A stretch of 59,587 bases of DNA, the filler included, from Basidioascus undulatus (lineage: Eukaryota): NCBI GenBank assembly GCA_000826855.1. It is 4 parts of 4 records of this genome, joined end to end, with 100 filler letters (N's around TTAATTAATTAA, not from the genome) between each part and the next. Parts side by side here need not be neighbours in the genome. Positions count along the whole stretch, not along the records: positions 30,271 to 59,587 come from JTLS01000130.1; 3 more parts are not named here. One strand, written 5' to 3'. Shown piece after piece: positions 50,660 to 59,587 of this stretch (within the stretch, counting starts at the first letter, position 1; each line of letters begins with the position of its first letter). The notes beneath the pieces were generated by a model, which saw only the letters and a program-made list of their open reading frames with translations, did no database searches and was not told the DNA's origin. A program made the position numbers and the translations under genes.

Positions 50660-52545
50660 ATGACTACCATGACCTCCGAAGCATTCGCTGTGCTACCAGC
50701 CGAAGTCATATCCGAGATCTTCCACTTCAGGTTCGCTGCAGGCGAATGGCGTCGTTATCCGCAATACGATGGCCCTATCTTCCGCGAGCGTATAGGCACC
50801 GCCCATCTCAACCGTCGTCTGCGACGCATCGCGCTGCCGCTCGTCTACCGCGAAGTCGAGTATGGCACTGGGCTGGCTCGCGAAATATCGGAGGACATCT
50901 CGAGCTTGCACAAGCTCGGCGAGTTGCTGGACGGAGTGGACGCGGCGGACTACGCCCGGTAAGTCCAATCGCCCTGTCGGAACTTTGCTATCTTTTGCTT
51001 AAAGTGGGAACCGGTGAAGCCTTCTGAGCATTAGTGGCGATCAGGAGTTCACACGGGAGTATGGGCGGGAGTACGACGCCGAGTTTCTCGACCAAGTCAG
51101 GCGTCTGCACATCAAGATGTGGGCTGTAATCCGCCGCCTACCGAAGCTCGGTGAGTCGCATCTCATTACCCGGGTTGGGCTTCACATCCGTTAACGCCCT
51201 GGAGACAGAATACTTGTCGATCAGCGTCACCGCGCTCCACTCTCCCGCGCCGCTCTTCACCCTGACGGACGCACCCGCTTCTTCGAGACATCGCCCTCTC
51301 ATACAGTCGCGTCATCAACCCCAAACCGAAAGCCCCCGATTACGAGCAGCCGGAGAATGCGCCGTTGGTGCGACTCAAGTATCTCACGTCGCTCTCGTTT
51401 GACTCGTACTCTCAGCCGCACGGCTCGTCGACGTGGGCTTCGATCGTCATGTTCTCTTCTCTGCATAGTCGCTCCATTCGCCGGCTCTCGATCAGGGACT
51501 CATACGGTCTCCGCTCGCGTGTCGCCTCACACCCGCTCGGTGATAGCCTCAACACCGTCAATTCGCCCTTGTCTCTGCTCTGGAATTCAGCCATCATCTG
51601 GGGCGGGTCATGGGAGAACCTCGAGACGCTCTCGGTTGAACTCGGATCTGACTATGACCCCCGGCCGTTCACAGTCTCGCCTAAAGCCGTCCCTGATTCG
51701 CTTCCGCCGCCGCTTCTCTCTTCTCTGAGCACTGTCCGTCTCAGCAACCATTGCCCATTTGAAGACGAGGGTTTTTTTTTTTTCTCGCGCCTGACGTCAG
51801 ACATCTCGTCATCGACGGGTTTATGCTGGAGCACGACGCTCGAACTGCGATACTCGCTCTTGAACGACTGGAGCTCCTCGACACTTTGGAAGTGGGCCTC
51901 TTGGACATCACCCCCGATCTGCTACAATTTCTGTTCGTACGCCTCCCTCGACTCGTTCAGCTGCGGCTGAACGGCTCACCGGAGCCTGAGGAGTGGAACG
52001 AATGGATGGTGAGTTTTGCACGCTGCAGTCCCCTCCTCCTTTTACCGGAGGGCGCATCGCTCACATCCTTCCGACCTGCGCAGGCAAAATATCAACGCGC
52101 CTTCGGTCACGCTCAAAAGTTGCGTGTCATTCACCTTCCCCTCCGTATCAACGACATTTCGAACCTATCCATCCCGGAAGCTTTCTCGTGGCTTGCGTCG
52201 CCCCCCATTCCTCTCGATCCGTCTCTATACCCCTCCGTTCACGTCCGATTCCATACTGCACTTCCACCGCCCTACCCGCGTGCCAACGGATCCGGCTGAG
52301 CGCTGGCATTGGCACCCGGAGTACCGACCGCGCATTCTCACTGAGCTTCTCGCCGAGGTCTGTCCCTTCTCACGGGAGGTTTGGACTTCCTGCAGTCCGC
52401 ATGGGCTGTCCCCTCGTGCACGGCGAGGACTTGTCCGCTGCGACATACCGCGCGACCCGGACGGGAACTTGGACGTGACGGAGGAGTGGGAGCCATTCCA
52501 CCGGCCTTCCTGGGAAATATTCGAACAGCCCCCTGCTACTATTAA
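50660..52545 (+). CDS. F-box-like protein, tandem paralog 2; three frameshifts at homopolymer runs (pseudogene or sequencing error)
   Basis: FAVLPAEVISEIF..HLNRRLRRIALPLVYREV; same exon layout as paralog 1; frame breaks at T12 (51772-51783), near C6 (52201-52206) and at C5 (52529-52533). Confidence 0.8.
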
Positions 52546-53084
52546 CACATGCATTCTCGATGGCTCTTGTATCTGTTTTGCGCTGGCCTGCCAGTGTGTG
52601 AGCGTGTACCGTCCGAGAGCGGTTTTCTGTAATTGGTTGTGATCCGAAAACCATCTTCGACGAATATATTTGTACATCTTATCCATTTTCGTTGTGATTG
52701 TTCGTCGTAGTCAAGCGAAGCAGAAGCAAGTCCTCTGTGCAGCGCGATCTGGGTCTTGCATTCCCGCTGCCTGTATACGTCGCCAAGGCCAAAGGGATGA
52801 GTCGTGTGCCGACAAAAGCTCATCAGATTTATTTTTGTCACAGAGGAAACATGACCCACCAAATGGACGGGGCGCCCAGCATCTGCGAGGCTGCTGCAAC
52901 CGCCTACATACAACCAATCAGCGATCGTCTTTCTACCACGCTCCTCACAAGCACGACACGAACAGGCATCGTCTTGATGGCTTGTCGTACTAACTTTCGC
53001 GCTTGAGAAGCTTGGAGAGGAACCACTTTCATCGCTATCACCAAGTTCTGGGAACGTAGTCTCCTTCGTCTTGAGGTCTTTATC

Positions 53085-54862
53085 ATGGGTCTATCGCGGG
53101 AAGCACGAGTGAGTCCAGCCTCAATATGCAGAGCTGGATGCAGGCCGCACAGAAGAAGATGCTTACTTCGGCCACGACGGACAGCTAGGCGCAGTACTTG
53201 CAATTACTGGGTGCTTTTTCTTGGTGGAGATTATCGGTACGCACGGCCGGTCGTACTGCTACCGCTTGGCGTTAGCTTACGCTCCATCGCCCGACTCAGT
53301 CGGCCTGCGAACCAGAAGCCTCGCTCTCATAGCCGATGCCTGTAGGTTCCGATTCTCATGATCAATGCCATTCTTCGATCGGGCTTATCCGACATCTGCC
53401 TGGTCTCATAGTCCATTACCTTTCCGACGCTCTCATTTACGCATTGACGTTCGCCGCTACCTACGTCCGTCGATGGCTTCCTCTTTTTTCATATTCTACC
53501 CATATTCTGACACTTTCGAACAGCTCAAGCGTCACGGTCGTCCGCCAGTAACGTTTACGTTCGGTTACGCCAGAGCAGAGCTGCTCAGCGCCTTCTTCAA
53601 CGGCGTCTTCCTTCTGGGGCTCGCGCTCTCGATCCTCCTCTCAAGCATTGAGCGGTTCACGCAGCCGGAGCCGATCAACAGCCCTCAAAGCGTCATGATC
53701 ACTGGCGCGATGGGTCTAGTACTGAATCTGGTCTCGGCAGCACTGGTTCACGGTGCGTTCGGATAACCCGAGCTCTGAGGATGTGCTCGTGGTGAAAGCT
53801 GATAGACCTAAAACAGGGGAACACGATCATCACAACAAGGCGCGCCCTGCATACACCGAGCTGAAGGCCGAAGGACACGACAATGTTTATGTGCAAGTCA
53901 AAGCGATGCACGAGGGCAAGCACAAGTCTTCGGACAGTATGGTCAGTCTGTTTCACGCTGCTGAATCCCTGTGACAGGCCTGACGAGTCGATAACACGTG
54001 AAACGCAGCATGATCTGGAACAGGCACAGCATCCGAACAAGCGTACTTCAAGGGACCTGGGCATGCTGGGCGTGCTTCTTCACATCTGCGGAGGTGAGTT
54101 CGCAGCACATACTTCTAGAAGGGCAGCAAGCGCTGACCGTCCGCGCCCTTTATAGACGCCATAAACAACGCAGCTGTGAGCATGCAAGGGTGTATGAGTT
54201 TCAATCTATCCGAGACTCTGACAGACTAGCATTTTCCGCTCAGGTCATCCTGGTTGGATTGCTCGTTTGGAAGCTCGACAGCTCGCTCAAATACCTTGCC
54301 GATCCTGCCGCGGGCGTCTTCATCTCGCTCATCATTATTGCTGGGGCCGTACCACTCAGTAAGCCGCTGTGATATTTTCAATTGATTTTTTATTCACCCC
54401 ATTGGGTCCACGCAGTACTGAGGTCCGGACGCATACTTCTGGACGCCGCGCCGGCGGATATTGACCTCAAGGCCGTCGAGCACGACCTCCTCTCCGTGTG
54501 TTCAACCTATCTCTTCCCTTTTCCTTACAAGGTCTAATTTAAGGGCGAGGTGGTTATAGGTACCACACGTTCTCTCCATCTCCTCTCTTCGCATCCGCGA
54601 GCTCTGCCAGGGCGATATGCACGCCAAGCTGCGTGTTCGGGTTGCGAGCGGGTTGAGTTTGAAGGATTGGACGGCTACGGAGAGGGCTCTTACAGCCCGG
54701 CTTAGCCTATCAGGGGTGACTGAGGCTGTTATTGGGGTTGAGGAAGCCGCAGGTGTCGAGCGAGGAGGGCGCCAACGACAAGGATTCGAGGGAGAGGCCG
54801 GAGCTGCTACCGTAGTGTCGGGGCGGGAAGGCCGGTACACAGCTTTCACTCCAGGGACATAG
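53085..54862 (+). CDS. Cation diffusion facilitator, Zrc1/Cot1-like zinc transporter
   Basis: SLALIADAF-HYLSD (TM2 HxxxD), TFGYARAELLSAFFNGVFL..IERF, His-containing loop, MLGVLLHICG-DAINN (TM5 HxxxD), YLADP, ILLDAAP. Confidence 0.92.
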
Positions 54863-55551
54863 ATCCATGCTTTTCTTGGCTTGATGGTCACTGCTACTCG
54901 GTTGCACGCAAATTCGGCCGGACAAGTGCGTTAACCTGCGTGCCTGCACATGCACTGTTTACTTCTAACTCAATACGGTTATTGGAAGGAAATATTGAAG
55001 CGTATTCCACCACATGAAAGGCTTATATTTCATTCTTAATGCTTGAATATCATCCTTCTCAAACCAAGATGTGTCAAGCCGGCCGTACAAGCGGAGCTGA
55101 ACCTCACGGGAAAAGCGTCCTGCAGTCAGGGAAGACAAGCTCCCATAGTCGAGTGGGTGCAAACCAGATTGGTTTGAGGTGTGAAAGAGCCCTGATACCC
55201 CTTGGCTATGTGAGTACCTAACGTCGCGGGAAAAAGTCATGTGGGGCTTAAAGAGTGGGAAAACAGACTACAGACTAATGAAGACGTATGCGTCTAGGTC
55301 TACAGGGTCACAGCGGCAGAGCCACTTGTAAGAAATGGGAAGCGCAGTGTTAATGATTACACGCCAGATGCGAAACTGTCTTGCGCTGGGTGAAAAGGAG
55401 GAAATCCGTCGCTGCGTAGGCGTTGCGGTTGAATCAACGCCATCTTCAATCGTGTCCAACCCCTCCTTCCTCCTCCGCTTAGCTTCTTCGTCTGGTCCCT
55501 CCAACAAGCTCTCCTTAGCGTCACCAACAGCCTCTCACAGAACAGATCGAA

Positions 55552-56760
55552 ATGGTCCCAGATCTCCCTAACGACGTTCTGAGCCACATCTTCATGCTCA
55601 CTCGCGAAGGCACACGACTCTATAGTCGATTCTTTTGGTCTCCAGAAGATGGGAGGTGCGCCGTTCGACGTTGTATGACTGAGTTACGCTTGACGTACAA
55701 ATGCGAGCACACATGTTGTCGGTACCCCGGTCCTGCACCGGCACGTTCACTTGTCGAAGGGTTCCTCGATCGCTGCGTTCAGCAACCACCTAGTCCACTG
55801 TGACCTCCGCGGCCAGTCTCGCGGGCACTACATCCGCAGCCGGACTGTTGGGGACTTATCTCAACTGGACGTCATGAGTCATAAAAATCTCTTCGCGGTG
55901 TTCTCTCGGCGCGGTGCCTTCGATCGCTCGATCTGCAATCGAGCATCCTAGTCGAATCGACACATCGATGCTCGCCATTCTTGCTCCGCACTCCCATGCA
56001 TCCCTAACGCCCCTAATAATCCGCATTGGTGCCGCAGACACGCGTCTCTTTGCTTTCGAAATTAACGGCTCTGCGCTCGCTTTCGATGACACAAACTGCA
56101 CCGCACGCTGCCACCACGGTAGCAACTGAAGCGCCGCGCCTCACCCTTTCGCACTTGCGGAAGGTGCACTGGTCCGCCACGGCAATGCCCACTCCCGCTT
56201 TTATTGGACACCCTAGTGCACTCGAACTTTCCTTCTCTGCTCGAAGTCACTCATGAACCTCCGAGGACGTGGAGTGTCTGCAGGCTTTTACAGCGGTACT
56301 GCGACACGGTGCAGCGACTCGAACTCACAGTTGGTCTGAGCGCCAACGCAGAGCCGGTCGTTCTTCCCTTCAATTATCTTCGCATTTTGGCCATCCGCTG
56401 TCCGTGCGCAAGTCATGTCGTTGGCAACCTTCGCTGCCCAGTCACAGATATCGAGATTTGTTATTCGCTTGACCTCATGGGCGAGAAGCACGCGCAGTGC
56501 CTCGTAAACAACATCCTCAAAGCCCTTTCGACGCTTCGAGCCGTGCATTTGAAGTATTACGACTATAACGACCAGATTACTCGTTCCGTTGGGAAGATGT
56601 CGATAAACCTCCTGATCTCACGTGGTGAACGATGCGTCTGGCGAAGGAGCTGGGCAAGCACGGCATCTTGCTTTGCGACTCGTATTCGGATGCCCTCACC
56701 GTCGTGACGCGCCCCGCCTTTGCTGCGTAGTCATTCTGTACATTCGCGCATGTAACATCC
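55552..56760 (+). pseudogene. Divergent F-box-like gene, disrupted; end approximate
   Basis: MVPDLPNDVLSHIF..ELRLTYK F-box-like start; LRSLSM, LRKVHW, VQRLEL, LRILAI and LRAVHL repeats scattered over several frames with stops. Confidence 0.55.
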
Positions 56761-57019
56761 CTGATTCGTGTTCGCGTTGAGCTCCTGTACAGCTCCGTGT
56801 GTTACCTCTGCCGCCATCTATCAGAGCGACGGCCTCGTGTTCAAAAAGGCGTGTGCATACTTTGCTTAAGGATTCTTCTCCGGAAGGCATCGGGAGTCAC
56901 AAGATGCTGTGACAACCATAAGGCGGGCTTGACCTCTCGAGACGCACCCCTTCAGTACGTGCTCGAACAACATCGTCAAAACATATTGCAACAGGGACCC
57001 CCCGCCGCACTCCCCCCTC

Positions 57020-57335
57020 TCACCCCTGGATTTCCTCCCCGCGCTGGAGGCTAAGCTGCTCATGTGCACCGTAGCATACAAGAACTGCTTCATGCCGCCC
57101 GCCCCGCGTTCCTCGAAGTGGCCGAGCAGGTCGGAGCGCAGGTCCACGTAGGACGCTTGGAGACCACGTCCCATGCATCCAGCCTTTAGTGAGTGTTTGG
57201 CTTGGAGGAGGAAGAGGGCAGAAACATCCAGGAAGAGGAACCCCTGAGCTCGCAGCCTTCACTCTCGAGCTCAGCGGGCCGCATATATGCTTGGAGGGTT
57301 CGACGATACCCGCGCAGGCTTCAGCGTCCTGCGCG
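57020..57335 (-). pseudogene. Degenerate duplicate of the last two exons of CENP-I
   Basis: GLQASYVDLRSDLLGHFEERGAGGMKQFLYATVHMSSL versus GLQASYADLRSDLLDYIEERGAGGVKQFLYATMSSL; the upstream exon is also similar (GIVEPSKHICGPLS versus GIVDPSKKIRGPLS). Confidence 0.85.
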
Positions 57336-58000
57336 AACGAGTGTCCAGCGCGTGCCCCATGGTGGTCAGTTCGACCAAAGGGGAAGCGGTAAGAAAGAGA
57401 AATAACGAAGAGGCGATAAGATTAAAAGGGGTAAGAGGAGAAAGGGGTAATAGGAGAAAGGGATAAGTGGAGAAAGGGAAGGAAGTTCGTTTAGAGCTCT
57501 ACCACGCACTGCGGCTGCTTCATGAAAGACTGGAGCAGTGTGTCACGGTTGATGGTCTGAGCTTCCTCACAATTCAGCCCTTTCCTCGTTTAAATGTCAC
57601 TTTGATGTCAGCAGAGCGATTAGCAAAGCCTGCAGCGCAGCTAGGCCGCTTTCATCTTTTCACGTAAGCACCAGGAAACGGCTGGGATGCTGAGAGGACT
57701 TTCTTGATTTTTGAATATCACAGAGACCAAAAGAACGGATCGAAGGTCTCTGCATGTAGTAGGTGACAAGAGACGCTGTGGGATCCATACACCTCGTTCC
57801 AACAGGGCCACACCGCAGCCCGGCATGGACCACATTTCAAACCGTCTCTCCTCCCCCCCCCTTCCCACACCTCCTCTCCACCCATCTCCTTTCTACCCTC
57901 TAAAGTTCTCGAGGAGTTTGTTTTCCCTCGAATTCTACTCGTTCAAAGCTGTTTGGTGAAGCGGACGTCGGGGGAGAGGATTTTGCCGTCATCGACCCTA

Positions 58001-58043
58001 TGTGAGCGTACTGATGTGTGAGCATACTGATGTGTGAGCGTAC
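58001..58043 (+). repeat. Short tandem repeat, 16-bp unit TGTGAGC(G/A)TACTGATG, about 2.7 copies
   Basis: tgtgagcgtactgatg tgtgagcatactgatg tgtgagcgtac read directly. Confidence 0.85.
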
Positions 58044-58690
58044 CAATGTTCGCATCCCTGAGATTAGTCGCTTAAAACCATGCGGTGGGCTGCGGTAAGT
58101 GATCCCAACACTCTTCAAGCAGAATATGTGAAACCTTGCCGTCCAACGCCTGCTGTATTCCTCTCTGCTCGAGCTTGAAGGTGATCGTGGGACATATTTT
58201 ACGAGCTCTTGCATTCTCAAAGGGAGTAAATGTGCCACGAGCGCAAGCGCACAACATGCTGGCTAGCCATCGCGGCGCGGGACACTATCGTCATTCCTAG
58301 CAGTATGTTCGTATGAGAGTGCATGAGCTGATTTATGATGCTGGGAACTTGAAGTACGGAGCAAAACCAGAGCCTTGTCCACGCCTCATGTACACAACTC
58401 CTAGCGTCGCCCGTCCCGACGAGCTCTCAGTGCCCCGGCTGCCTTATGACGCATTCTCTTCCTTTTCATAAAAGTCGCACAGGAGCCATTCTCCCTATTG
58501 ATTCTACCCCCATCGTTCTACGTGCATCGATGTGCACGGCGAAAATACAGGCAGATTTCGGTCGAAGCCGATTGGCAGCCCAAGACCTGCCCTCCCAACC
58601 CCTAGTCCTGCCGCATACCGGAACTTCAGACAAAATCGAAAACTACAACATGACCACCCACCCCCTGCTTCCGCCCCAGCAGCCACCCCA

Positions 58691-59587
58691 TCACCCACTC
58701 GATTTCCTCCCCGCGCTCAAGCTGCTCATCGTAGCATACAAGAACTGCTTCACCCCTCCGGCACCCCGCTCCTCGATGTAGTCGAGCAGGTCGGAGCGCA
58801 GGTCCGCGTACGACGCTTGGAGGCCGCCCGCCTGGCCCGCCCATCCCGCCCATCCGTGTATCAGTGTCCGGCTTGGAAAATGGGGCGGAAGAAAAGTGAA
58901 GAAGACGAAGAAAACAAACCGAGTTCGCAGCTTTCACGCTTGCCACACTCAGCGGGCCGCGGATCTTCTTGGACGGGTCGACGATCCCGGCGCGGGCTTC
59001 GGCGGCCTGTGGTGCGAGCCAACGAACGTCCACCAATCAGTAATCGCCCGGAAGAAAAGAGGAAGGAATAAAATGGGGTAAGGGATGGCACGCACGTCCA
59101 CAAACTCCTTCGCCAGCCTCGCCAGCGCCCCCGAGTGCGCGACGCCCCCGAACGCATCGAACCCGTGTGGGCCGGCAAGGGGCTTGAGCGAGTCGAGGAC
59201 CTCGCTGTTTCATCACAACCAACCACCAGCCCCATCCGCACCCGTATCCGCATCCGCATCCGCATCCGCATCAGCAAGTCCGAAAAGAGAAAATGGGAGT
59301 GGCAAGGAGTAGGAAGATGAAGTGGAGGGGAGGGAGGAGGAAGGAGAACGCACGGTGCGATCCCCAGTGCCCTCGCCTTGCTCAGCGACAAAGCCTTCCC
59401 GCGCCAGATGAGGTTGCAAAAGTCCACGACGAAGTGGTTGAAGTACGCGATGTACCTGTCCATCCCCGCGTCCCTTCCTCACACATCAGCCTTCTCCTCC
59501 TCCACCTCCCTCCCCTCCTTCCCCTTTTCCTTTACTCCCTCCCCCAGAAGAAAGAAGCACCACGCACCCCTCCGGATAGATCGGAAG
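58691..59587 (-). CDS. CENPI: Centromere protein I (Mis6/Ctf3), 3' exons; 5' end outside window
   Basis: YIAYFNHFVVDFCNLIWRGKAL and YADLRSDLLDYIEERGAGGVKQFLYATMSSL match the C-terminal motifs of fungal Mis6/CENP-I. Confidence 0.78.
59235..59271 (+). repeat. (CCGCAT)n hexamer microsatellite inside a CENP-I intron
   Basis: tccgcacccgtatccgcatccgcatccgcatccgcat. Confidence 0.8.

Noticed and set aside
33315..54862. Multicopper oxidase plus CDF transporter as a metal-homeostasis cluster
   Set aside because: They are 17 kb apart with unrelated genes between, no iron permease is present and no shared regulatory motif was seen.
58001..58043. Repeat considered as a CRISPR-like array
   Set aside because: Head-to-tail minisatellite with no spacers, in eukaryotic DNA with no cas genes.

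Overview
Eukaryotic, GC-rich, intron-dense fungal genomic DNA. Short GT-AG introns with frequent GTGCGT/GTGAGT donors and the protein sequences point to a basidiomycete, possibly Pucciniomycotina (inference). The six-frame ORF track is mostly uninformative because genes are spliced, so models were assembled by eye. The window is four contigs joined by artificial 100-bp spacers (N44-TTAATTAATTAA-N44). Recognisable genes: EMC2, RPL34, an FPY1/CinA-like molybdopterin-binding-domain protein, histone H3 (3' half), two tandem D-2-hydroxyacid dehydrogenases, branched-chain ketoacid dehydrogenase E2 (DBT), a TAP-like alpha/beta hydrolase, LSM14/SCD6, a membrane-anchored multicopper oxidase, an EDC4-like decapping scaffold, two or three F-box-like genes, a CDF zinc transporter and the 3' end of CENP-I/Mis6. 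There are also several small secreted or hypothetical genes and relics. No rRNA, tRNA, CRISPR array or recognisable transposon was found. I did not find a convincing wholly new biological system. The most notable signals are: four independent local direct duplications at about 1.7-2.4 kb offset; a GC-AG intron that splits the LSM14 start codon; three homopolymer-only frameshifts in one F-box paralog; a CDF transporter lacking its C-terminal metal-binding histidines; and a signal-peptide gene beginning with ACG.
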